From: Helicobacteraceae bacterium
GTDB lineage: Bacteria; Campylobacterota; Campylobacteria; Campylobacterales; SZUA-545
DNA: 24,050 nucleotides
Direction: 5' to 3'
NCBI GenBank assembly: GCA_011390075.1
Contig: JAABTA010000001.1
Coordinates: forward strand, 1 to 24,050
Shown here: positions 1 to 8,964 of the stretch, one piece after another
How the letters are laid out: the number at the start of each line of letters is the position of its first letter
Numbering within the stretch: position 1 is the first letter of the stretch
The notes under the pieces: model-generated
What the model saw: only the letters and a program-made list of their open reading frames with translations
Told to the model about the DNA's origin: nothing
The model's database searches: none
Program-made: the position numbers and the translations under genes

Positions 1-300
1 ACAAGCACTTTTGATGAAGCGTATGATGTTGGTAGATTTGCCCAAACAAGAGGGTATAAACGAGTGATTATTGTTACAGATAACTACCATACAAAAAGAG
101 CATTGTATGCCTTTACAAAGATATTTTCAAAGCTAGAACTTGAAATAGAAGTAGAGGCAATGGGCGCTTCTAACCTTGTATTCACGCAAGATAATTGGTA
201 CACAACAGAGGCAGGACTGCAGGCATATATCCCAGAAGGAATAAAGTATATCCTCTACCATTTTCTAGATACAAATTTACACAACATTAAACCTCACTAA
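1..300 (+). CDS. YdcF/DUF218 (ElyC/SanA-like) family protein, 5'-truncated by the window edge
   Basis: Frame 1 is open from base 1: TSTFDEAY...RVIIVTDNYHTKRA matches the DUF218 'T..(E/N)A ... iivT..yH..RA' pattern. The tail WYTTEAGLQAYIPEGIKY is typical. The track's start at 64 is internal. Confidence 0.8.
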   Translation, partial: TSTFDEAYDVGRFAQTRGYKRVIIVTDNYHTKRALYAFTKIFSKLELEIEVEAMGASNLVFTQDNWYTTEAGLQAYIPEGIKYILYHFLDTNLHNIKPH

Positions 301-302
301 TG

Positions 303-308
303 TATAAT
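303..308 (+). promoter_or_regulatory. Putative sigma70 -10 box (TATAAT) for the dsbC-like/thioredoxin pair
   Basis: TATAAT at 303-308 in the 36-bp gap, with AAGGA Shine-Dalgarno upstream of ATG 337. Confidence 0.55.
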
Positions 309-336
309 CTTTAAAAATCAACCAAGGAATCTATAC

Positions 337-1020
337 ATGAAAAAACTACTATTAGTCTCTATTGCTTTGGCAGTGACGCTTTTTGCTGGTGTCAAAGAGG
401 ATATTGAAGCTATTGATTTTATCTCTAAAAATCGAATTGTGATTCAAGAGTATAAAGATATGGGCTCATTCTATGTTGTTAAAGGCGAAATCAATGCCCG
501 TGGGCAAAAGCAGATTGCTAACTTTTTTGTCTCTAAAGATAAAAAGGCTGTTATTTTTGGCAAAGGCTACACCGCGTCAGGGGAGGAGATTACCATTCCT
601 GTAGATGTTGCCAGGTTTAAGGGAAAAGAGGCTGTAAAGATTGGAGGTGGCAAAAATGAGTATTTTGTCTTTACAGACCCAGAGTGCCCCTACTGCAAAC
701 GGTTTGAAGAGATGATACGAGAGAAAAATCTTACTAAAAATAACACATTTTACTTTTTCCTCTACCCGCTAGCGTCTCATAAAGAGGCTGTTCCGATGAG
801 TCTTTTTATCCTCAGCAAAGAGAGCAACGAAAAAAGATGGGAAGCTATGGAGGATGTGGCCAGTAAGTACAAAAAAGTTACTCTTTCTCAAAAACAGCAA
901 GAGCGATTGCAAAAAGAGCTAGACGCTCAAATGCAGATTGCCAACGAAATTGGTATTCGAGGGACACCAACTGTTTTTGATGGTAGTGGAAAAAATGTTG
1001 ATTGGACACAGATACAATGA
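337..1020 (+). CDS. Periplasmic DsbC/DsbG-like thiol:disulfide isomerase
   Basis: Signal peptide MKKLLLVSIALAVTLFA, N-terminal dimerisation-like region, FTDPECPYC active site, LYPL motif and GIRGTPT cis-Pro loop. Confidence 0.85.
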   Translation: MKKLLLVSIALAVTLFAGVKEDIEAIDFISKNRIVIQEYKDMGSFYVVKGEINARGQKQIANFFVSKDKKAVIFGKGYTASGEEITIPVDVARFKGKEAVKIGGGKNEYFVFTDPECPYCKRFEEMIREKNLTKNNTFYFFLYPLASHKEAVPMSLFILSKESNEKRWEAMEDVASKYKKVTLSQKQQERLQKELDAQMQIANEIGIRGTPTVFDGSGKNVDWTQIQ

Positions 1021-1397
1021 TACAAAAATTTATTTTTCTTGCGATATTTGCTGTCTCTTTGTTTAGCTACGAGACATTTACAAATTACCAAAAAGGGCTA
1101 GAGTATGCAAAGGCTAATGGTAAGTCTATGCTGGTGGTTATTGAACAAGAGGGTTGCCCTTGGTGTGCCAAGTTTCGTGGTACTCTCGCTAATGATAGAG
1201 TGCAAAAGGTTTTAGAAGAGCAGTTTGTGCTTATCTTTTTGGATAAAGATAAAAACCCTCCAAGCATCTTTAGTGTGCCTATGACCCCCGTCTCTTTTAT
1301 TATGAACAGTGATGAGGAGATCTTAATGGAGGTTATTGGCTACGCCCCGACCAAAAAGCTCCTGCTGGATATAGAAATAGCTTTCGAAGAGCTTTAG
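1017..1397 (+). CDS. Exported thioredoxin-fold protein (SoxW/Thioredoxin_2-like)
   Basis: ATG 1017 overlaps the upstream TGA (ATGA), a better start than TTG 1002. Signal peptide MIQKFIFLAIFAVSLFS, EQEGCPWC motif and MTP cis-Pro loop. Confidence 0.8.
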   Translation: MIQKFIFLAIFAVSLFSYETFTNYQKGLEYAKANGKSMLVVIEQEGCPWCAKFRGTLANDRVQKVLEEQFVLIFLDKDKNPPSIFSVPMTPVSFIMNSDEEILMEVIGYAPTKKLLLDIEIAFEEL

Positions 1398-1448
1398 ATT
1401 CCACTCTAAAGCTCTTTTTCCTACTTTTACAATTAAACACCCACAATT

Positions 1449-1467
1449 TTTGGAACACCTGTTGCTT
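1449..1467 (+). promoter_or_regulatory. Sigma54 (RpoN) -24/-12 promoter of the flagellin gene
   Basis: TTTGGAACACCTGTTGCTT: GG (1452-53) and GC (1464-65) are separated by exactly 10 nt, matching the Campylobacterota TTGGAAC-N5-TTGCTT consensus. Predicted TSS about 1477. No sigma28 box seen. Confidence 0.85.
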
Positions 1468-1515
1468 TACCTCCTTAGATAATTTTTGGACACAATTTTC
1501 AAGGAGTAGGTTCAA

Positions 1516-3015
1516 ATGGGTTTTTTAAAGATAAACAGCAATATTGCTTCTATGAACTCACTGACAAACTCTAAGGTTACTAATAGAAATTTAGATAGCT
1601 CTTTAGAGAAACTGTCATCAGGTCTTAGAATCAACAGAGCAGCAGATGACTCTTCTGGTATGGCAATTGCCGATAGCTTAAGAGCGCAGGCTAGCGGACT
1701 AGGTCAAGCATCTAGAAATGCCAATGACGCCATTGGTATTATTCAGATTGCTGATAAAGCGATGGATGAGCAGATTAAGATCACAGAGATGATTAAAACC
1801 AAAGCGATTCAAGCTGCTCAAGATGGTCAGAATACAAAATCAAGAACTGCAATTCAAAGAGATATTGAGAGGCTTATAGGGCAACTCGATAATATTGCTG
1901 TCCAGACATCCTATAATGGAATGAAACTTCTTGCAGGAAGTTTTACAAACAAAGAGTTCCAAGTGGGCGCCTACTCTAATGAGACTATAAATGCGACAAT
2001 TGGAGCCACCCAGTCTACAAAAATTGGTGGTATTAGATTTGAAACATCAGCCACTCTGACAGCCTCAGGCGAAACCACACTTACTTTTAAAAACCCAACC
2101 GGTGGAGCTGATATTGAGCTAGAGAGTGTCGTTATCTCCACGAGTCCAAATTCTGGCATGGGAGCCTTAGCAGCAGCAATCAACAAAGTGTCTGATAAAA
2201 TTGGTGCAAGAGCGACGGCCGTTGTCCAATCAACAGGTGTTGACTCTGTTGGATCGGGAACTGTGAGATCCCTTAATATTAATGGTGTGCTTATTGGGGA
2301 TATTGATAATATTCAAGAGAATGATAAAAACGGTAACTTAGTCAATGCTATTAACTCCCAAAGTCTTGTAACAGGTGTGCGCGCCAGTGTAGATGAGATG
2401 GGAAGACTCAACTTAAACTCCGATGGTCGTGGTATTGAGATTACAACCTCAAGCGGCGGAGAGGCTGTGTTTGGTCTTGCAAATCTCTCTACTTCTGGTC
2501 ATGAAAACTATGGAAGACTCTCTTTGGTTAACTCCAATGCAAGAGATATCAACTACAGCGCAACAGGACCAATGGCCAATATTATTAACTCCGCTGGAGC
2601 CCAATCATTTGGTAACTTAGCTACGGTTAATGGAAACTTTACCTCTGAACAAGGGCTCGCAGGGGGCGCTTATGCTAATGAAGTCCTTTCAGGGGACGCC
2701 GGTCCAAATCTTGGTGTTGGTGTGACAACACGAACTGGGGCGATGATGACAATGGACATTGCCGAATCTGCTATGACAGCCCTTGATGAGATTCGATCAG
2801 ACCTAGGTGCCGTGCAACAACAGCTAGAAGTTACTATTAGAAATATCCAAAATGCAGAGGTGAATGTTAAAGCTTCGGAATCGGGAATTAGAGATCTAGA
2901 CTTTGCAGAAGAGTCGGCTAACTTTTCTAAACAAAATATCTTAGCCCAATCTGGTAGCTTTGCAATGGCACAGGCAAATGCTGTGCAACAAAATGTATTA
3001 AAGCTTCTCCAGTAG
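1516..3015 (+). CDS. flaB: Flagellin (epsilonproteobacterial type; FlaB-like by its sigma54 promoter)
   Basis: N-terminal SLEKLSSGLRINRAADDSSGMAIADSLRAQ, C-terminal IRDLDFAEESANFSKQNILAQSGSFAMAQAN and a Ser/Thr/Gly-rich central region. AAGGAG SD. The A/B designation is inferred only from promoter type. Confidence 0.95.
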   Translation: MGFLKINSNIASMNSLTNSKVTNRNLDSSLEKLSSGLRINRAADDSSGMAIADSLRAQASGLGQASRNANDAIGIIQIADKAMDEQIKITEMIKTKAIQAAQDGQNTKSRTAIQRDIERLIGQLDNIAVQTSYNGMKLLAGSFTNKEFQVGAYSNETINATIGATQSTKIGGIRFETSATLTASGETTLTFKNPTGGADIELESVVISTSPNSGMGALAAAINKVSDKIGARATAVVQSTGVDSVGSGTVRSLNINGVLIGDIDNIQENDKNGNLVNAINSQSLVTGVRASVDEMGRLNLNSDGRGIEITTSSGGEAVFGLANLSTSGHENYGRLSLVNSNARDINYSATGPMANIINSAGAQSFGNLATVNGNFTSEQGLAGGAYANEVLSGDAGPNLGVGVTTRTGAMMTMDIAESAMTALDEIRSDLGAVQQQLEVTIRNIQNAEVNVKASESGIRDLDFAEESANFSKQNILAQSGSFAMAQANAVQQNVLKLLQ

Positions 3016-3018
3016 ACA

Positions 3019-4911
3019 GTGGACTTTTACCAAAAAAACCTAAAAGCCCTCAAAAAGGTTAATGGGGATCTCTACAAAAGATTAGAGGAGGTTGCAACCA
3101 ATCAAAGATACGAAGTCTTTACAGGAAAAGATCCTGTTGATATTAATATCTTAGATACTAAAGCGCAAATACCTCTCTATGATAATCCTGTTGCAGATAC
3201 TCAGCAAAGATTAGAGGAGTTTAATGAGTATAGCCGATATCCATTTCTCTTTTTCTATGGAATAGGCAATGGGATCTTTTTTAAAGCCTTGCTAAACCAC
3301 CCCTCATTCAACCATATTATTGTGACCGAGCCAGAGATAGAACTCATCTACATAGCTCTTAATTTTGCCGATTTTTCCAAAGATATTGAGAGTTTACGAC
3401 TTATGATTATTCACTCAAAAGATCTTAATAACTCTTTGGCACTTAAACTAGCCACCCTTCCTGAGATTGGAGTGTATGTGAAGCTCTACAACCTTCATAT
3501 TACCACCCCCTATTATGGATCGTACGAAGAGGATATTAAGCGGGTGAATGGGCTCTATATTAATGGGGTATTGCAAAGTGTTAAAAATCATGGAAATGAT
3601 GCAATAGATGCTTTGATTGGTATTGAACACTTTATTCAAAATATTCCAGATATGCTGAGTAACCCCTCTTTTAGAAAGTTATGCCAAAGCAAAAATAGCT
3701 CTTTGTGTGTCTGTGTGGCTACAGGGCCAAGCCTTACAAAACAGCTACCACTCCTTAAAGAGATGCAAGAGTATGTGACAATTATTAGTGTAGATGCTAG
3801 CTTGCCTGTGCTCTATAAATGGGGCATACGACCTGATATTGTTACTTCATTAGAGAGAATAGAGCTTACGAAAACTTTTTTTGAGAGAACTCCTAAAGCG
3901 TTTCATGATGGCATTGTCTTTGCCCACTCTGCTTTGCAGCACAGAGCTGTCATGGAGTCGAGCTTTGGGCAAAAGGTTGTGATTATGCGACCCTTTGGCT
4001 ATATGCAGGGTTTTTCTCTTGATGAATTTGGCTACGCTGGCATTGGAATGAGTGCAGCCAATCTCTCTTTGGAGCTTGCCTTCTATATGGGTTTTAAGAA
4101 AATGTGCTTTATAGGACAAGATCTCGCCTATGGTGAGGATGGCAATACCCACGCCAGTGATCACACCTTTGGAGCTAGAGATAGTAAATTTGAAGAGAAT
4201 ATAAAAAATGAAGAGCGACTTATTATTGAGGGCTATGGTGGAGAAAAAAAGGTAGAGACCAATGCTATATGGCTGATGTTTCTCAACTATTTTGTGCAAA
4301 ATGTCTATGAAGCAAGAGGGATATTAGAGTGCATTAACGCAACAGAAGGTGGAGCAAGAATAGAGGGCACTACCGAGATGGCGTTTGCTGATGTGATAAA
4401 AAATTATGTTGATACAACAGTGAAGAAAAAAGAGATTGTCTTAGAGAAAGACTCTCCATCAAAAATGCAGAGAAATATAGAAAAGGCAGTTGATAGAATT
4501 ACTGACATTTTAGAGTACGGCAAAAGCTTAAAAGATGAGGTCGAAACACTTTTTATTGATGTGGCAAGTGCTTGTGAAAAACTAGTGGAGCTTAACCAAG
4601 AGAATCAATTAGAGAGACTCGATTTTAAAAAGCTAAAAAAACTTCTGCAAAGAATAGACACAATCAAAGAGATCTTTAATGAGAAAAAATTTCGCCAATA
4701 CTTCTGGGAGGGACTTAGAGCCACAATTATCAACCAAGAGTTAGAGATAGCTAAAATTGTTGTCAAAAAGGCTGACAGCGAAGAGGAAGAAAAAGCGAGA
4801 GATGTGGAGTTTATTTTTGCCCATAAAGCGTGGCTCTACACGCTAGCTGGTGGAATAGACGCACAAGTGACAGTTATTGGAAGAGCTTACGAAAATACTT
4901 TTTTAAAATAA
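3019..4911 (+). CDS. maf: Motility accessory factor (Maf, DUF115/MAF_flag10; flagellin nonulosonic-acid glycosyltransferase family)
   Basis: F.KNL.AL N-terminus, VATGPSLTKQLPLLKE, PDIVTSLER, FIGQDLAY and INATEGGARIEG motifs. Directly downstream of flagellin. Confidence 0.9.
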   Translation: MDFYQKNLKALKKVNGDLYKRLEEVATNQRYEVFTGKDPVDINILDTKAQIPLYDNPVADTQQRLEEFNEYSRYPFLFFYGIGNGIFFKALLNHPSFNHIIVTEPEIELIYIALNFADFSKDIESLRLMIIHSKDLNNSLALKLATLPEIGVYVKLYNLHITTPYYGSYEEDIKRVNGLYINGVLQSVKNHGNDAIDALIGIEHFIQNIPDMLSNPSFRKLCQSKNSSLCVCVATGPSLTKQLPLLKEMQEYVTIISVDASLPVLYKWGIRPDIVTSLERIELTKTFFERTPKAFHDGIVFAHSALQHRAVMESSFGQKVVIMRPFGYMQGFSLDEFGYAGIGMSAANLSLELAFYMGFKKMCFIGQDLAYGEDGNTHASDHTFGARDSKFEENIKNEERLIIEGYGGEKKVETNAIWLMFLNYFVQNVYEARGILECINATEGGARIEGTTEMAFADVIKNYVDTTVKKKEIVLEKDSPSKMQRNIEKAVDRITDILEYGKSLKDEVETLFIDVASACEKLVELNQENQLERLDFKKLKKLLQRIDTIKEIFNEKKFRQYFWEGLRATIINQELEIAKIVVKKADSEEEEKARDVEFIFAHKAWLYTLAGGIDAQVTVIGRAYENTFLK

Positions 4912-4970
4912 GTAAAAATTAATCAAAAGACTATAGAATGTTCTCTAAATACTGATTTTAGGGGATGGTA

Positions 4971-6206
4971 GTGAAAAATTTTTTTGTAATGTTCTGTTTG
5001 GGGTGCTCGTTTGTATTGGCTAGTAGTGATATTGCTTTTAGTGCCCAAGGTAACGCTAAAGCCCATTTCCAGCAGGGAGACAGCGATCTCTTTGGCGTTG
5101 TGACAGGATTGCAAGCTGAAGGCAAAAAGAGTAGGCTCTTTAAGCAACCACTCTCGTTTGAGGCTGGAGTAACACTGTCTCAACCAATTGTAGAGGGTGA
5201 TGACGGAGATCTCTTTGCTTTGGGAGATGCTAGGCTTAATAACAACGGGGAGAGTATTGGAGGGTTTTATTTTCATAAACTCAATCTCTCTTATGAAGAC
5301 AAAAACTGGAGAGTCAAGTTTTTTAGGCAAACCATAAAAGCCAATCCTTTAGTAGGAGTTGGATCTTCTGAGTTTATGCCTAATGCGTATGAGGGGCTCA
5401 CTTATAAAAATAGAATGCAAAAGGGGTATGTTTTAGATTTTGCCTACTTAACCGCCATGGTGGGCAAAGACTCGCATCTTGCTCTAAGAGATAATTTTAA
5501 CTCCATTACCTCTGCTATCATAGGATCTAGTGTAGAGAGTTCGCCTCTTATCTATCTTGGAACAAAAAAAAGTTATGATGAGGGCTACGCAAGGGCTTAT
5601 GCCTACTATATACCAGAGTTTGATTCTAGTGCTAATAAAGAGTCCTTAACCTCCTTGTATATTGACTATAGAGGCAATAAACTCAAAATTCCTCAAATAG
5701 CAGAGGCTGTTGAGTTACAACTTCTCAGTAGTAGCTATACAAGCAAAAGTAGCTTTACTCTTTTAGGTGGAAAGTTAGACCTCGGACTTGAAACAAGCAC
5801 TTTTACAAATAACTCCTTAGCTTTGAGTGTTGTAGCTGGAGATGAGCAAGGAGTCGCGTACCATTTTGGCGCTAATCCTGAGTTTACAAAAACCAATGAG
5901 TTTAGCCTAGAAGATATTGGCGTAGCGCAGATGGGTTTAAAGTTAAGCTCGGATGTTATTGTTCCCAATCCCCATGGAATACTCCTAGATCTGGCTCTAG
6001 CTTTGTATATGGGCAAAGATAAAGCAGGAACCTATTCTAGTACAACTGTAAAAAATGCCAATGTTGTGGAGCTAAACGCTCGAGGGGTGCTCAGCGAAAA
6101 AACAGGGATTGGGGCAACACTTGCGTATCAAGATCTTGAGGCAATAAGCGGTCAGAGTGTTGATGATAGGGCGCTATTTACTCTGAGTGCTAGCTATAAA
6201 TTTTAG
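4971..6206 (+). CDS. Outer-membrane beta-barrel porin (OprD/Campylobacter porin-like)
   Basis: Signal peptide, alternating amphipathic strands, FMPNAYEG segment and terminal beta-signal TLSASYKF. GTG 4971 fits the AGGGGA SD spacing better than ATG 4965. Confidence 0.7.
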   Translation: MKNFFVMFCLGCSFVLASSDIAFSAQGNAKAHFQQGDSDLFGVVTGLQAEGKKSRLFKQPLSFEAGVTLSQPIVEGDDGDLFALGDARLNNNGESIGGFYFHKLNLSYEDKNWRVKFFRQTIKANPLVGVGSSEFMPNAYEGLTYKNRMQKGYVLDFAYLTAMVGKDSHLALRDNFNSITSAIIGSSVESSPLIYLGTKKSYDEGYARAYAYYIPEFDSSANKESLTSLYIDYRGNKLKIPQIAEAVELQLLSSSYTSKSSFTLLGGKLDLGLETSTFTNNSLALSVVAGDEQGVAYHFGANPEFTKTNEFSLEDIGVAQMGLKLSSDVIVPNPHGILLDLALALYMGKDKAGTYSSTTVKNANVVELNARGVLSEKTGIGATLAYQDLEAISGQSVDDRALFTLSASYKF

Positions 6207-6218
6207 GAGAGTGATAGT

Positions 6219-7523
6219 ATGAAAAAAATTGTTGTTGTGCTCTTTATTGCTACATTTTTATTTTCTGATAGTTATAAAGAGGGGTTGGGGTATTTTAAGG
6301 TCAATAACTTTGAAAAGGCTTATGAAAGCTTGGATGAGGTGCTTTTTGAGTATATTGCAGAAAATGAGTTTAACTTCTTTTATGGACGAAGCGCTTTAGA
6401 GATTGGAAAATACAATGATGCTATTGCTGCCTTTGAGAGAATGCTTACCCAAGATCCAAACCATGATAGAGCAAGGCTAGAGCTAGCTAGAGCCTACTAT
6501 GAGCTTGGGCTCTACAAACAATCACAAATAGAGTTTGAGAGAGTCAAAGCAAAACCTTCTACTCCACAAGAGGTCAGAGAGATTATTGATGAGTATCTAG
6601 TGAAGATGGAAGAGGAGCAAGAAAAGCACACTCTTAGCGCTATTGCTTCTGCTGGTTTAGAGCATGATTCAAATATTAATAATGGAAATGATAACTGGTT
6701 AGGAGGAAGTGCCAATCCTGAAGTAAGCTCCTCAGCTATTGCGCTTAGTGGTGTAGTCAGTAGCGATTATAGGGTCAGTGATGAAAAGTCAATCAAAACT
6801 GTTGGGGGAGTTTTTCTCAAAGAATACACTCAAAAAGAGGGGAAAGACTATATCTATCCATTTATTAGTAGTGGTCTAGAGTTTGAAACGAAAGAGTACG
6901 AAATTGCCACACCAATAAGTTTTTCCACTCTCTATTATGACTCAGAGCTGCTTTTATATCAACTCTCATTAAGGGGTGAGGCAAAGTTTAAGCAGACTCC
7001 TGAGTTTTTAAAGAGTAGATCCCTCAAAGCGTTTACAGTCTCTGGGGAGATAACGCAAAAGATGTTTAATAGTGACAACTCTAATAGTAACTCAAGAGTT
7101 CTAAGTTTGGCAACAAGTGCTAAAACAGATATAAAGAGTGGGTTTATACAATACTCTTTAGGTTATGAGTTCGAGCGAAAAGAGGGTGGTCATAGCACTG
7201 ATATAGACAAAGATACTCTCAAATTAGGGGCTAGCGCTCTATTAAGTAATCTAGAGCCTATTATTATCACTCCAACGGCCAATATAGATTTTGCCCGCTA
7301 TAAAGATAGCGATGTGAGCGAAAATAAAAAGAGAGAAGATTTGAAAATTGCTTTAGGTGTAAGTGGCATCTATTCACTGGATAAAAAGTCTGCTCTTGTG
7401 GGGAGTGTGAGCTACAAAGATAGCAACTCTAATTTGGAAAGAGCCAGTTACAACAAGCTAACTGTAGGAGTGTTTTATAAATACTTCTTTTCCAATGCTC
7501 AGATAAAAAACTGGTTGAAATAG
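6219..7523 (+). CDS. TPR plus C-terminal beta-barrel outer-membrane protein, Slam/DUF560-like
   Basis: Signal peptide, TPRs (YGRSALEIGKYNDAIAAFERML, RARLELARAYYELG), P..V...I..YL linker, HDSNIN at the barrel start and amphipathic strands to VGVFYKYF. Confidence 0.7.
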   Translation: MKKIVVVLFIATFLFSDSYKEGLGYFKVNNFEKAYESLDEVLFEYIAENEFNFFYGRSALEIGKYNDAIAAFERMLTQDPNHDRARLELARAYYELGLYKQSQIEFERVKAKPSTPQEVREIIDEYLVKMEEEQEKHTLSAIASAGLEHDSNINNGNDNWLGGSANPEVSSSAIALSGVVSSDYRVSDEKSIKTVGGVFLKEYTQKEGKDYIYPFISSGLEFETKEYEIATPISFSTLYYDSELLLYQLSLRGEAKFKQTPEFLKSRSLKAFTVSGEITQKMFNSDNSNSNSRVLSLATSAKTDIKSGFIQYSLGYEFERKEGGHSTDIDKDTLKLGASALLSNLEPIIITPTANIDFARYKDSDVSENKKREDLKIALGVSGIYSLDKKSALVGSVSYKDSNSNLERASYNKLTVGVFYKYFFSNAQIKNWLK

Positions 7524-7530
7524 GAGAGAG

Positions 7531-8280
7531 ATGATGAAAAAATTGATTCTATTGATTGTATTGGTAACTGGGATCTATGCAAAAATGGTAGGGGTTGTTT
7601 CTGCGGCCAAAGGAGATGTTGAGGTGCTTCGTGAAGGCGATACTATGGAAGTTCAAGTTGGATTTGAGGTCAATGAGAAAGATACGATCACAACCCATAG
7701 TAATGCTAAAGCACAGATCTTTTTCAAAGATAAAACAGTCATTACAATTGGAAAAGACTCAGAGTTTACAATTAGTGAGTTTATTCTCAAAAAAGGGGAA
7801 GAAAAAGCTAGCTTTAGTGTCTCTAAAGGGCTTTTTAAAGCCATGACGGGAGCAGTTGGGCAAAAATATCCTGAAAAATTTTCTATCAAAACAAGAACAA
7901 CATCCATTGGTATTAGAGGAACACACTTTTTTGGAAAGATTAGTAGCGAGCAAGACTCTATCGCCTGTACGCAAGGAGCAATCACTGTTCAATCGGATGC
8001 TGGCGGACTTCCTGTGGAGGTCAATGCCGGAGAGATAACCTTTGTTGCCCTAGGAGATCTCCCAACTCCTCCAAGAGCATTTAGCGCGCAAGAGATACAG
8101 CAGATCTCGAGTTCGTTGGATGAGAGTTCGGAAGAAATGACCACAGAGACGACCACAGAAAATGAAAAGATGCAAGAGACACAAAAGAGTTTTATATTCG
8201 AAAAATTTGCAGTATATGAAAGTTTTATTGATAAAATTATTACTGATGTAAAAGATAAGGTGACGAAGCCTAATCCGTAA
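7531..8280 (+). CDS. Exported FecR-domain protein with an acidic Thr/Glu-rich tail
   Basis: Signal peptide, then KGDVEVLR, DTITT..NAKAQIFFKDKTVITIGKDSEF, KGLFKAMTG and IKTRTTSIGIRGTHF (FecR TxTAxIGIRGT motif). The start may be ATG 7534. Confidence 0.8.
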   Translation: MMKKLILLIVLVTGIYAKMVGVVSAAKGDVEVLREGDTMEVQVGFEVNEKDTITTHSNAKAQIFFKDKTVITIGKDSEFTISEFILKKGEEKASFSVSKGLFKAMTGAVGQKYPEKFSIKTRTTSIGIRGTHFFGKISSEQDSIACTQGAITVQSDAGGLPVEVNAGEITFVALGDLPTPPRAFSAQEIQQISSSLDESSEEMTTETTTENEKMQETQKSFIFEKFAVYESFIDKIITDVKDKVTKPNP

Positions 8281-8310
8281 ATTGGTATCAACTATGGATT
8301 TTGTAGGTAG

Positions 8311-8964
8311 CTAAATAATCCTATACCCAGAGCCCTTGACATTCTCAATAAGGGGTTCTGGGAGTTTTTTTCTGAGTTTATAGACCAAAACCCGCAGACT
8401 GTTCATATCCACAAACCCGTCCCAAACATAATCGGCTATCTCTTCTGTAGGAAGAATTCTATTTCTGTTTTTGACCAAAAACTCAATAAAAAGCCTCTCT
8501 TTTGGGATGAGGTTGATAGGTCTTTCATCAAAGCAGAGGGTGTTGCTAAGGGTGTTGTAGGAGTAGTTGTTGCCTAGGTCTAAAATAGTTTTATCTGTTT
8601 GTATCACTTTTGTTTTGAGCTGTTCTTTGACTCTTAGGATGAGTTCTTGAAGGCTAAAAGGTTTTCTTAGGTAGTCATTGCAACCATACTCATAGCCTTT
8701 GCTTAAGTGGTCAATATCACTATAGGAGCTAATAAAAATAGCAGGGGAGTTGTTGCTGCATTCGCGGATCTCTTTGAGAAACTGATACCCATCCACCCCT
8801 GGGACATTAATATCTAAAAGAAAAAGATCGTAAGTGATTGTGAGTAAAGAGTCAAAAGCCTCCTCTCCGTTATTAAAGGCATACACCAAAAATCCAGTTG
8901 CTTCTAGCTCGTCTTTAATCACCTCTCTTAAGGAGAAGTCATCTTCTAATAGGAGTATTTTCAT
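8311..8964 (-). CDS. OmpR-family DNA-binding response regulator
   Basis: KILLLEDD, LLDINVP phospho-Asp, YLRKPF and winged-helix LRVLVYKLRKKL...IENVKGSGY. ATGA overlap with the kinase stop. Confidence 0.92.
   Translation of the reverse strand: MKILLLEDDFSLREVIKDELEATGFLVYAFNNGEEAFDSLLTITYDLFLLDINVPGVDGYQFLKEIRECSNNSPAIFISSYSDIDHLSKGYEYGCNDYLRKPFSLQELILRVKEQLKTKVIQTDKTILDLGNNYSYNTLSNTLCFDERPINLIPKERLFIEFLVKNRNRILPTEEIADYVWDGFVDMNSLRVLVYKLRKKLPEPLIENVKGSGYRII

Noticed and set aside
1770-1830. Flagellin segment EMIKTKAI replacing the TLR5-stimulating QRVRELAV-type epitope
   Set aside because: A known lineage-wide feature of epsilonproteobacterial flagellins, not evidence of host association.
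3850-5330. Antisense ORFs 3850-4299 and 4923-5330, plus similar 60-140 aa shadow ORFs across the window
   Set aside because: They lie opposite or out of frame within well-supported genes and have no SD or recognisable motifs.
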